NCBI RefSeq assembly: GCF_006345805.1
Contig: NC_043002.1
Span: 68,448,001-68,512,000 of the forward strand
DNA length: 64,000 bases
Reading direction: 5' to 3'
Source of the DNA: Octopus sinensis
Lineage: Eukaryota
A model generated the notes under the pieces. It was given only the letters and a program-made list of their open reading frames with translations, was not told the origin of the DNA and made no database searches. This document shows, piece by piece, positions 25,260-37,700 of this stretch. A program made the translations under genes and the position numbers. The number at the start of each line of letters is the position of its first letter. Position 1 is the stretch's first letter.

Positions 25260-25960
25260 TTATGTCTTGACCTAATTTCTCAGCTATCTTCTAACTTTAA
25301 GATCCCAGTTTTGTTCCTACCATTCACTCTACAGAATGATCCCAATACACTTGACCTATTTTATTAAATTTTCTTTGCATTCACAGCTCACATTTCACTA
25401 CCATGTAATATTGCTGCTTTTACAAAAGCATCATACAATCTGCCTTCCACTCTTAGAGAGAGGCTTTTGTTACCAACAGATCAGCAATGCTACATGACAG
25501 TGGAAAGTAAACCATTAAATGCAGAGGACATACAAAGACTAGAAAGAAATTTTTAAGGCGGTGTGCTGGCAGAAATGTTAGCATGCCAGGCGAAATGCTT
25601 AGTGCTATTTCATCTGCCACTACGTTCTGAGTTCAAATTCCGCTGAGGTCGACTTTGCTTTTCATCCTTTCGGGGTCGATAAATTAAGTACTAGCTATGC
25701 ACTGGAGTTGATGTAATCGACTTAATCCCTTTGTCTGTCCTTGTTTGTCCCCTCTATATTTAGCCCCTTGTGGGTAGTAAGGAACTAAGAAAGAAATGAA
25801 GCTAGTATACTCTGCTGGATGTGCAAGATCAGTGAGCATGTACAAGAAGTGCAAAAATATTGAGAGAAAAATTTGGCATAAGAGGCATCAGATCAAGTTT
25901 GCAAGAGAGAAGACTGCACAGGAATTATGTGATGTGTACGGATGAGGGTAGCTGCATAAA
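25260..25960. mobile_element. Two RTE LINE fragments in opposite orientation; the plus one is interrupted by a SINE
   Basis: 25260-25470 on the minus strand reads LLVTK.LSLRVEGRLYDAF; from about 25470 the plus strand reads ..RLERNEAS.LCWMC split by the SINE at 25554-25787. Confidence 0.6.
25554..25787 (+). mobile_element. tRNA-derived SINE (family A) with a 10-bp TSD
   Basis: A box (gctggcagaa) and B box (gagttcaaattcc); TSD agaaagaaat at 25541-25550 and 25788-25797. Confidence 0.9.
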
Positions 25961-27339
25961 CAAGTTCCAGTTGCTAGATATAGATGGAACCTACAAATAT
26001 TTATTTTATCAATTATTCTAGAAGGTAAATACTTGCATACAAGGACACAAACTGATTTTTTGAAACCATTACTTAAAACATATAAGCTAATGTTCCTTCA
26101 CTTTAAAGACAATAGAGTAAAATTTAAAGATTAGAAGAGGAACAAGAATAAAGTCACGTTTCATTTAATATCATAAATAATAGTCAAAATTATTAACCAA
26201 ATATTTTGAGTCGATCACTGACTGACAAGGACTTATACACAATGACAGCAATTTATATTATATAGCATTGTGCATGTAAAGAAAAAAAATCAAGTTTTGC
26301 TCAGTTAATAAAGCAATGGAAACAGAAACTCATTAAATCAGTAATTTACAGAGGTTTTCCTGACTTTTCTTACAAGGTTCCTACAGCTACTCTTTTAAAG
26401 AGCTACTCTTTTAAAGAAACTATCTGCATCCATGATGAAATGTAATCAGAATAGCTCCATATAATCGCTTAGCATAGAAGCAATTTTGGGCATCCGTACT
26501 TTTAACATATAACGTTAACACATATTACTAAGTTTCATTTTTAATTTAAACAAGATCGAATGTCAATAGCTAATGTTATTTATTATGCATAATATAACGT
26601 TTAACGAAAGATAATTAGATGTATTTGATGTTTACAACTATCTTTGATAAGATATTTAAATTGCTTTGTTTTTAAAACGGATGTGCCAGAAATAGGGCCC
26701 AAAATATCACTAATGACGTTTCTGTACAGCTGTTTTTACTATTTTTTTTTCCTGCTAAGAAAAAGTACGTATTATGTTTTTAAAAGAAGTAAACAAATAT
26801 AAACTTACTAAACAAAAGCTTAAACTTTCATAGATTTATTACATATAAAAAAAATTGTTTCAATTTATTTAATAAATATTTTTCAAAACATTTCTTCATG
26901 CATTGATTAAACTATTAAAACTTAAAATTCTCACATAAAATATATTGAGTCTTACTCTTTGGCAATTATTAACATAGAATTATTGTGATTTAAATAGAGG
27001 CGCTTTTAATATTTTCTGTTTATTTCAGGAAAAGAAAAGTTTAACAGATAAGTTAAGAAAAAATAAAGAATGTAAAGATATATTTTTAAAAAATAACAGT
27101 TAAAATAAGTTAAATAACATTTTTTTTTTTTTTAAAGATCTAGACCGTCTAATTAAAGATGTCATACAACACAAGACTTAGAGTGATATATCAGTTTGGT
27201 CCTTCCTTTTTTTAAGATGGTTATGTGTGATTTGAGAGATTTGTCAGTAATTCCAAGCAGGTCAAGCAACTGCGTAAAGACTCCTTCGTTGACTCGTTTA
27301 TAATTGGTTAGTCAAAGGTGGAGGAGGAGAAGGAAGGGG

Positions 27340-27780
27340 AATGTGTCCATGACCTTTGCAAACTAGTGAAATTGAGGCTAGTGATGTTCAGCTTGAATAT
27401 GTTTTAAAGTTGAGGTATGTAGGAGAAGCACGAACAGGGAGGAAATTTTAGAGAGTTGTAGCCCTAGAGAGGAATAATTAGGCTACTTGTTTAGTTTGGA
27501 ATTTAAGGGATGTGATACAGCAGAGAAGATAAGGGTGAGATACATGGGTGTATCAAGTGGGCATGAATGATGGGGTATGCAGATAGATATTGAAGGGTGC
27601 TTTCCAGGTCTCTGTTGATGAGGTAGTGCAGGTCTGGCACGACATTATCTAGACTAGCTATAAATAAGCCTCGTAGTTGTAGACCTTGAAGAGAGAGAGA
27701 GAGCCCTACCCACTCCAGTCTAAGAAAACACTGCAATATGTCTCCTTATCTCACAGGTTATCTACAACCACCTCCTTTTT
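27340..27780 (-). mobile_element. Highly degenerate L2/CR1-group LINE 3' fragment
   Basis: Purine-rich plus strand; the minus strand shows decayed similarity to LINE C-terminal ends; many stops. Confidence 0.35.
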
Positions 27781-28178
27781 GACTTCTGAGACATTAGAAG
27801 TTAGGGTTGTAAGTTTGTATTTGGAAGGATCAGACATCGTTTCCTGCATGTGAATAGGACATGCTATGATGTGTTTCCATTGATTGGGATAGATCTCTGT
27901 TTAAAGAAAAAACTGAAGAGCAAAGACAAGAGGTATCTCTGAAATGCTCTGAAGCTTAATCAAAAACAAGAAATACAAAGCCTAGCTAAAAATCTCTAAC
28001 TCCTGCAAACTGGATGGCTTTTACCCAGCACTACAATTCTTGCAACACCATCTATTGAATTATAAAGGATGCCTTCATGCATCACACTCCTCAATCTCTC
28101 TCACCAATCAAACTTCATTCACTCCGTTTGATCTCTTGCTAAAAAAATTTCTGTCAATTTCCTGGATTCTTCCATTCT

Positions 28179-28413
28179 TGTTTCTTTATTGCCTACAAGG
28201 GGCTAAACATAGAGGGGACAAACAAGGACAGACAAATGGATTAAGTCGATTATATCGACCTCAGTGCATAACTGGTACTTATTTAATCGATCCTGAAAGG
28301 ATGAAAGGCAAAGTTGACCGCAGCGGAATTTGAACTCAGAATGTAGTGGCAGATGAAATACTGCTGAGCATTTCGCCCGGTGTGCTAACTTTTCTGCCAG
28401 CTCGCTGCCTTAA
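28179..28413 (-). mobile_element. tRNA-derived SINE (family A) with a 16-bp TSD
   Basis: TSD tggattcttccattct at 28163-28178 and 28414-28429; same family as 9669-9899, 25554-25787, 32468-32704 and 52329-52561. Confidence 0.93.
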
Positions 28414-28550
28414 TGGATTCTTCCATTCTACCACTTGATTGCAATTTCCTGTCAGATCACACAATTACAACATGTGCACTGGAGCACTCTGATTCACATT
28501 GTATGAACTCTGATATTTGGTGTGAGCCAGGGTTTAGTTCTATCCTTTCT

Positions 28551-29097
28551 TTGATTCTTTTACTTGTTTCAGTCATTTGACTGTGGCCATGCTGATGCAC
28601 TGCCTTTAGTCGAACAAATCGACCCCAGGACTTATTCTTTGTAAGCCTAGTAATTATTCTATTGGTCTCTTTTGCTGAACTGCTAATTTATGGGGATGTA
28701 AGCACACCAACATTGGTTACCAAGCGATGGGGGCGGGGACAAATACAGACACATATACATACAGATACACATACATATATATATATATATGTATGTATGT
28801 ATTTGTGTCTGTATTTGTCCCACCACCATTGCTTGGCAACAGATGCTGGTGTGTTTACATCCCCGTAACTTAGCAGTTTTGCAAAAGAGACTGAAAGAAT
28901 AAGAGCTAGGCTTACAAAGAATAAGTCCTGAGGTATATATGATAGGCTTCTTTCAGTTTCTATCTCCCAAATCCACTCACAAAGCTTTGGTTGGCCTGAG
29001 ACTATAGTAGAAGACACTTGCCCAAGGTGCACTGCAATGAGTCTGGACTCAGAACCATGTGTTTGGGAAGCAAGTTTCTTACCACAAGTTTCTTCCT
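28551..29097 (-). mobile_element. SINE family B
   Basis: Reverse complement of the 21453-21830 family. Confidence 0.85.
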
Positions 29098-29336
29098 GCG
29101 CCTCCTCTATACTTTTCCTTCAAAGCATCAATAACCTACATACCATCCCCTTAATCAGATGATGTTACCTCTCATCCTTCCCTCACTTTTTGTATCCAAG
29201 CATTTTTAACATACTACTTATGTTTCTCATGCCAAAATCTGCACTGACTCCATAAATGAGGACTTCTAAAATATCCTCCAAATATATACAAGGACTGTGC
29301 ATATCAAGAAAATATCATTACACTTTAATTTAGACA

Positions 29337-29690
29337 GATATTGTGTATGAGGCAGAAATCAAGCTTGGAATGCCAAATGACCTATCTGTAAAGTGCTAAA
29401 TGAAATTGACAGTCAGCTCCTTTAAGAAATGCTTACATAACCATGCCACATTCTTCAGATGTTTTGAGAAACAGAACATTATAGCTCTGGCAAAGCACAT
29501 ATGGTGGCTTGAAGAGAAAGCCACAAACTATGACACCAAATTAAGGTTGTTAGAAAATTGCAAGTCTTCCTCCAATATTAGTAGATGTGAACTGTATTTA
29601 GTGGAGAAAATATGAATATTTAAGGATGCACTTAAATGCCAAATTGGAGATATTTACACATTGTTTAGATGAGAAGAAGTACATTCTCAA
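29337..29690 (+). pseudogene. Degenerate GIY-YIG endonuclease domain of a Penelope-like element
   Basis: One frame reads DIVYEAEIKLGMPNDLSVKC*MKLTVSSFKKCLHNHATFF...ALAKHIWWLEEK..Y..K..LLE.CK..SNISRCELYLVEK. This matches the PLE pattern IVY..YIG.T..FK.R..NH..SF...LSKHIW.LK....C.LCL.EK, with the YIG motif itself destroyed. Confidence 0.65.
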
Positions 29691-30006
29691 ATACTGGTCC
29701 AAGCCATCATAGGGAAGTCAACACAAATACACCCTCCCCACCCCCTTTTCACAGTCAACCCTCCATACACTCATTCATCTATTAAACCATTTAGTTCTCT
29801 TTTCAGTTACTTCTCTCTTCCTCCCCTCATCTCTCTACACATACACTTTTAATTTTCTCCCTTCTAACTTTCCTCTAGCATGTGAAATAATAATTCTTTG
29901 TTCCTTAATAATGACACATTTTTTGTATTAAAAATAGCCCTTTTTTTAGCTTCATTAAAGTCTTTGCAAACAGGACTTCCACAACAGCTGTCTTTAGCTC
30001 TGTCCA

Positions 30007-30050
<44 letters not shown>

Positions 30051-31049
30051 TATATGTATGTATATATATATATATATAACACGTTCATCTAATGAGTGTG
30101 GAAAGATTGGCCTTATCTGAAACTTGAAGTTATATCTCATTATATGTTAGTTTGATCTATATTAAATTCTGTTGTGCATGTGTGTGAAATTTATGTCTAC
30201 TTTTCTCTGCTAGCATAGGTTAGACAAATATCTAATTGAGGCATTATTTTACTGCTGGAAATCCTTTCTATTGTTAAAATACACTTATATTTCAAATAAG
30301 GGATCTTTTATTCTGCATGTCTTCAAAGCTACAAAGCCTCCACTGCTCACACTCCAAGGAACTTCCACTGATACCCCCTAATACTATAAAGATCCTCTCT
30401 TCCTTCCCCTCTACTCAAACTCTTGTTTCTGCTAATTTCCCCTTTTAGGCCCCTCAACTCCTAACTAGACTTCCATGTTTGGAACTTCCGCCTCAACACT
30501 CTTTACAGGTACCACCAAAAAACCAAGTCGTCAGCAAGCAAGAGCTCCCAATCCCAACCGATCTTGAGAACCAAGAATATTTTGTTATATTAGTCAGCCG
30601 CAGTTATGTCCCTTGACGTCTAGCTTGCTATTGTCATTGTGTTCTGAGAGCACGAGAACAAGACAAAATATTGGGTTAATATGAAAGGTCAATAACCGTT
30701 GAACTGAGTGGTCATAGTCTGTCTGAAATCCATTCTAGATTAACCGGGAATAGAATGTACAGTCATATTTGTTCAACTCATTTACTATACACATATATAT
30801 ATTTATTTTTGTTTAAGTGAAAACTGTTTTCGTAGAAATGGATGTACATTTATATAGCAATGCTAGAATATTTAAAACCTATATATTACAGCAAAGGCTG
30901 GTAAATATTTTGGGGAGGTAGGCTGAATTGGAAATGTTTTTATGTTCTTCAAGCCAAAACAAATAAAATATGAAATCCTGATCATCTTGGCTAGAGAAGC
31001 AGCATTACCACAACCACCATCATTGTTTTAATGTTCAGCACTCTTCACC

Positions 31050-32108
31050 CTATGAGATGACATCTGGTGTACCACAGGGATCTGTTTTTGGTCCCCTTTT
31101 ATTTGTTGCATATGTTAATGACATAGATGCCAACTTAAAGAATGCCACAGTGCTGAAATATGCAGATGACATCAAGCTGTACCTCGAAATAAAGAGGTCA
31201 GATCCTGTACACTATAGATCTCTATTGCAATCAGACCTGGACACAATGCTGCAGTGGACTGGCAACTTAAGCTGGCTGTGGACAAATGTACCACCATGCA
31301 TTTTGGGGGGAAAAACCCAGCGTCTACTTACTTCCTCCACAACACTAATCTCAAAAAGTCTTCTTGTGAACGTGACCTGGTCATTATTGTTGACAGCTAT
31401 TTGCGTTGGACAAAACACATTGCTAAAATTGTCAAGAAGGCTGAGAGTGTCTTGACATCACTTACCAAGTCCTTTGTGAGCCACTCTCCGGGGTTTTATA
31501 TAGCTATGGTGCAGCCTCACCTGGAATTTGCATCACTGGTCTGGAACCCCTATCTTGCCCAGGATATTAATCGACTGGAAACCATTCAGCGATGTGCAAC
31601 CAAGAGAATACCCTCCATCAGGCATTTGCCATATTCTGAATGCCTTACTTCCCTGGGCATGGATACATTGAAACTCTGACGTCTGGCAGCTGACTTGGCA
31701 GACACCCATAAAATTATTAACCATTTTACTAACAATTACTCTGAGTACCTTTTCAAACTCTGCCTGTTTAACACCCATGGACATGTTTACAAAGTAAGAA
31801 AACAGCACAGCTCCCATGACTTTTGGAAACATTTTTTTACACTAAGAGTTGCTGAAGTATGGAACAAACTGCCAGCATCAGTTGTTAGTTGTCAGAGCAC
31901 TGCATCCTTCAAAACTTCCATGCTTCCTGAGATTTGCCAACACTACACCTGATTTTCTCCCCTCCATACACATGTAAGCATGTATCTGACTCATACACTG
32001 TTCACTTTCCAGACATTTGTACATTACTGCATATGCTTTATATGCACTTTTGACAAGTTGTAGTGCACCTAAGCACTGTATACAATAATATCATCATCAT
32101 CATCATCA
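31050..32108 (+). mobile_element. CR1-like LINE, 5'-truncated, RT domain with frameshifts
   Basis: SGVPQGSVFGPLLF and KYADDIKLY RT motifs (ORF 31057..31455), continuing in other frames (31254..31679, 31695..31952); 3' UTR ends tatacaataata followed by (TCA)n. Confidence 0.95.
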
Positions 32109-32467
32109 TGTGGTTGGTAGGCTGGATGAAAATCACTGTATTTTAGCATAAAACTGTGAAGCCATCTTCGTTAGTTCTGCTTTATTTATTCATTTATTTA
32201 TTTTTATTTAAGAACACAAAGCAAAAGTTAAAAATCAGTATCCATATTCCTCATTTTATTATTATTAAGGTGGCATGCTGGATGAAGTGCTTAGTGTTAT
32301 TTTGCTTGTCATTATATTCTGAGATCAAATTCCATTGAGGTCAACTTTACCTTTCATCCTTTCAGGAATGATAAATTAAGTACCAGTGAAACACCGGGGT
32401 CAACATAATCGACTAGTCCTCTCCCGCCAAATTTCAGACTTTGTGCCTATAGTAGAAAGGATTATTA

Positions 32468-32704
32468 TAAGGTGGCAAGCTGGCAGAAACATTAGCACGC
32501 CAGGCGAAATGCCCAGCGGTATTTCGTCTGTCTTTACTTTTTGAGTTCAAATTCCGCCGAGGTCGACTTTGCTTTTCATCCTTTCAGGGTTGATAAATTA
32601 AGTACCAGTTATGCACTGGAGTCGATGTAATTGACTTAATCCCATTGTCTGTCCTTGTTTGTCTCCTCTATGTTTAGCCGCTTGTGGGTAGTAAAGAAAT
32701 AAGA
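32468..32704 (+). mobile_element. tRNA-derived SINE (family A)
   Basis: taaggtggcaagctggcagaaac...gagttcaaattccgccgagg...gtagtaaagaaataag; preceded by a partial related copy at about 32268-32460. Confidence 0.9.
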
Positions 32705-33888
32705 AAGGATTATTATTACTTGTTTCTATTGTAGATTATATTAGTCTGTAACACATTTCTCCATGTTGTAGTTTCGTCCTAGTGAGCCCTCATTCAGTAG
32801 ACCTATGATCAAAGATGCTGAAGCCATAATCATACCCATAATGTATTTAGGACTATATTTTGCTGGTTACATACACCACCTTCCATTTTTAAGTGTGACA
32901 GGAGAGATATTTGGCTGCTATTTCTAGTATGACATTTCTCCCTATGTATCTGACACAGAACATTCTCATATCTAGCCCTTTGCATATCATATATCTCAAA
33001 TAAATGTTGTTCACAGTATGAGGCCTAACATTCTCCAAATAACCATTTACCCCCTCCTCACATCCCTTGATCCAGTCCAGTGTCATGTCATCTGGTTGCA
33101 TGATCAAGCATTTTCATACCTAACCATTTGCATCTCACTGTCGTGACCTAGAATCTCATATTCAATCACTTCTAGGGTTTCCAAAGTTTCTCTTGTTGTA
33201 TCACTACCATGGTTATTTATCATCACCAATTCATAGCACCTTTATTATCAATCAATATTAGGTGACATCTTTGACAATGCAGAAATCTGCCAGTGCCTCT
33301 TATGTTCAGGAAATTTCTCGATTCCTTTCGTTTGATTTAAAAAAAAAAAAAAAAGAATTTGTAAGTTAACATTAGACATTGAATATATGCCATTTGATTT
33401 TCTTTATTCAGTTGAGGACTCTTCAAATTCCAGTTTTATAGATATACATTTATCATCATCATCATTTAATGTCTGTCTTCCATATTAGCATGGGTTGAAT
33501 GGTTTGACAGGATCTGGTGAGATACAGGGCTACATTGTGTTTCCGGTCAGCTTTAGTATGGTTTCTAAGGCTGGATGCCTTTCCTAACATCAAACACTTT
33601 ACAGTATGTAGTGAGTGCTTTTCTTATGCCACTGGCACTAGTGAGATCACCGAAAGAGCTTCTTGCATTACCAAAAGACAGCAGTACTCTAAAATTTTTC
33701 CCAGTTTCACATTCTACGTACCATATTATCTTCACTTTCATATTTCTTTCTGTAACTCACCTGGATAATTTATGGTAGTTCATATTAGTTCCTCAGGACC
33801 CATTAATGTGGTCTGATCTATATCTTATTGCATCATTTTTGTGGCAACAAGACAGTGTCAGGTTCCTACATAATCTATCACACAGGTG

Positions 33889-34041
33889 CAGGAGTGGCTA
33901 TGTGGTAAGAAGGTTGCTTCCTAATCACATGGTTCTGGGTTCAATCCAGACACTTGGGCAAGTGTCTTATACTATAACCTCAGGCTGACCAAAGTCTTGT
34001 GAGTGGATCTGTTAGACAGAAACTGAAAGAAGCCTGTCGTA

Positions 34042-34084
<43 letters not shown>

Positions 34085-34293
34085 ATATTTTTGTATGTCT
34101 GTGTTTGTTCTCCCAACATCGCTTGACAACTGATGCTGGTGTGTTTATGTCCCTGTAACTTAGCAGTTCGGAAAAAAGAGACCAATAGAATAAGTACTAG
34201 GCTTACAAAGAATAAGTCCTGGGGTCGATTTGCTCGACTAAAGGCGGTGCTCCAGCATGGCTGCAGTCAAATGACTGAAACAAGTAAAAGAGA
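33889..34293 (+). mobile_element. SINE family B
   Basis: Same head, core and tail with internal (TA)n. Confidence 0.88.
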
Positions 34294-34489
34294 GTATTAT
34301 TCTTATTCAGGTCACTGCCTGGAATCGAATTTGGAATCTTGGGGTTAGTAGCTCACACTCTTAATCACTACACCATATGTCCTGTATTATAGAACCAAAG
34401 GTAATCTCAGGTGGGTCCACATAAAAAAGAATCAAATGCAAAGTAGATACTTAACCCTTTAGCATTCAGATTACTTTGTCAAATGTAAT

Positions 34490-35343
34490 TCAAGGAGAAT
34501 TCCAGAAGTTTTCAGACTTTTTCGAGAGAGGCATTTATTAATTTCAGAGAAATACACAATTCTAATCTTCTTCAAAGTAGGATCCTTTGCTGTAGCACCC
34601 CAGCCACTCTGTGAAGGTCCCATGGAAGTCCTCCAAAGTGAATGTGCCCAGGACCCTTGTCACAACTTCCTTCATCTTCTGAATGTCTTCAAACAACTGT
34701 TTCTGAGGTTCTCCAGCTTGGGGAACAACCAAAAGTCACAGGGAACAAGGTCTGGGCTGTAGAGAGGGTAAGGGACAGTTTTGATGCCCCATCCCAGTCT
34801 AGTAGTCGGTTACCAGGATGGAATTGTGGACTGGCACAGGTGCCACCAACCCAAGAGGAAGAGTTCAGGCCTTTTGTGATGAAATCTTTTCTTAATCTCC
34901 CTGAAAACCTCCACAAGGCACTCTTTGTTGATCATCTGACCGGAGGGAACCTAGATGTAGATGATGCACTTCCTACCAAAAGAGGGATCATCATGTACTA
35001 CTTGGTGGACTTGCTTTGCCTGGCCTCTTGTGCCAGTGAAAAACACATGCTTGGCTAATACAAGTTAACCCATAAGCAATCTAGAGCATTTCTAATTTTC
35101 TGTAGCATTTTTGCTCAGCTTAACAAAAAACTTTATTGCATAGCAAGCTTTCAAATTGTCTTAGTAGGGTGTATCCAAAATGCTGTTACAGCTGTCTCCT
35201 TCAGTCTGGAGTAACAAAAGTTCACAGGTTAGCTTATTAGATGTATAGCAATGATATAAAAAAATGAAAATTATCAAGAACGGTTATAACTACCTCTCAA
35301 AAAAAAAAAAAAAAAAATTTTAACTTCTAGAATGCACCTTGTA
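34490..35343 (-). mobile_element. Internally deleted mariner (Tc1/mariner) transposon
   Basis: The minus strand has an N-terminal YAIKFFVKLSKNATE (about 35090-35150) and a C-terminal KRPELFLLGWWH...LYSPDLVPCDFWLFPKL. Degenerate TIRs at about 34492-34525 and 35310-35343 (ends ...gcaccttgTA). Confidence 0.85.
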
Positions 35344-36089
35344 CTTATTTATTCACATTGTTTTGAATTAATCTTGCATTATCTCATAGCATCAAGATTT
35401 TGATGCTGCTAATGATGATGATCATCATCGTTTAATGTCCCTCTTCCATGCTAGCATGGGTGGGATGGTTTCACAAGAGCCGGCCTGGCTGAAGCCTGCA
35501 CCAGGCTTCTGTGACCATTTTGGCAGAACTTTTACAGCTGGATACCCTTCCGAATACCAACCACTCAGCAGAGTGGACTCAGTGCTTCTTTTTATGTGGC
35601 ACAAGCACAGGTGAGGATGTGATTTCTTATTTTTAGAATGACATTGCAAGGTAGGTGTAAGAGACTAGATCTGGCAGGTTTGAATATAAAACAGGTAGAA
35701 TATTTGGGCCAGTTATGGCCAGTTTAAATGCTAATGGGTTAATATAAAGATTAGGTAACCAAAAAATGATAAGAATAAGAGTCACATGCAAAAATGAAAA
35801 TGTTTCTTTAAGGAAATTGTTGTGGTACTAAATTTTTATTCAATTGTTGGTTTTCTTTTCTTTTTTTTTTTTCCAGTTACAGATAAACAAATTACATATT
35901 TACAGATATTTACAGAAGCAACAGCTCAAAATATAGGCTGATGATGGTTGGTAGTACAAATAAAAATGGAAAACAAATCTTTTTGGGGTTTTTTGGGGGT
36001 TTTTTTTACAATTAAAGATTACAAACACATGCTGCTTGCTTTTACCCTGGGGCACAACAAGGCTTCAGATCAGATTTATTTATATTACA

Positions 36090-36216
36090 AGACTTTTCCT
36101 TTATCATTATTATCTTCAAAGTTATTATCATTATTATCATTATTATTATTATCATTATTATCATCATTATTATTATTATCATCATCATCCTCATCATCAT
36201 CATTATTATTATTATC
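36090..36216. repeat. (TTA)/(TCA) trinucleotide microsatellite
   Basis: Directly visible. Confidence 0.95.
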
Positions 36217-36516
36217 AACATGATCAGAACTATTTTGAAATAGATGAAAGAACAATGAAAGATAATTCATAGAGTATATAACATCCTGCTAATTTAGAGA
36301 TAGATCATGAATCAATATTTCAGATTAGGCATATTGCCAAAAGCCGATTGGTTTATGAAAATGATTGCAAAAAATTTCTAAGTTATGCAGTTGGCTAATA
36401 GAAATAAATTAATTTTAACAATGAATCATAGCATGTTCTGGAATTACAAGTCTCTAAATAAATACAACAGCTTATGGAAAAAAGACAACCACTTTCATCA
36501 TTCACATGCACATTAC

Positions 36517-36551
<35 letters not shown>

Positions 36552-36673
36552 CGTGTGTGTATACACACACATACATACATATATATATATATTGGTTTAT
36601 AAACATACACAGACTGATGAAGTTTATGTTTGGAAATAGAATTAAGAATATGCATGCTTCTATATATGTGTGA

Positions 36674-36720
<47 letters not shown>

Positions 36721-36725
36721 AATAT

Positions 36726-36768
<43 letters not shown>

Positions 36769-36896
36769 TATATATATATAATATATATATACATATATAT
36801 ATACATATATATATATACATACATATATATATATATATATAATATACATACATATATATATATAATATATACATATATATATATATTATATATACA

Positions 36897-36987
<91 letters not shown>

Positions 36988-37456
36988 TACATATATACAT
37001 ACATATACATATATAGAAATATTTACACACACAAAAACGTACATACATACACACACACACACACACACTCAAAATCTTGTGTATGTAAGCAAATGAGAGA
37101 GAGAGAGAGAGTTGAATGGGTCATTTAATTATTTTACACGATTCAACTGTAAATATACGCACATGCAAAAAAAAACAAAGAAGTTATATTTGTTCTTGGT
37201 AAAAAAAATGTGAGGAAAATGGTTTGCACAGACAGTAGAAATTTGAATTTGGAACAAAATGAATTATAGAAAAGATTGGCTAGATCAACGAATGAGTTAA
37301 TCTTGAGATTCCATTGTGTAATATATTATATGAGCATATGTATGTGTATGCATATATATATATGCACACACACATATATAGACATACACATACAAACCTA
37401 ATATATGAACATGTACAAAAATACATATACACATGCATATGAGGACATATACAAAC

Positions 37457-37499
<43 letters not shown>

Positions 37500-37700
37500 A
37501 CACATGCACACAATTATATATTTATATATATACACACACATACACACATGTAGATCTACATCTATACATATTTAGAATTATATTCATATATGAACATATG
37601 TATACAATACATATGTTTATATACACAGATATAGATTCCTGTATAAATATTGATATGTATGAATGCAAGTAGGACATAACTGCCAAATATTCACATGAAA
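36517..37700. repeat. Large compound (TA)n/(CA)n/(GA)n microsatellite field
   Basis: About 400 bp of nearly pure interrupted (TA)n at 36660-37070 plus flanking tracts; source of the spurious YI-rich ORFs. Confidence 0.97.

Noticed and set aside
34642-35058. 138-aa plus-strand ORF
   Set aside because: Antisense to the decayed mariner transposase.
36610-36640. CTGATGA...GAAA hammerhead-like words (also 27914 and 63964 minus)
   Set aside because: No pairable stems I-III around the cores.
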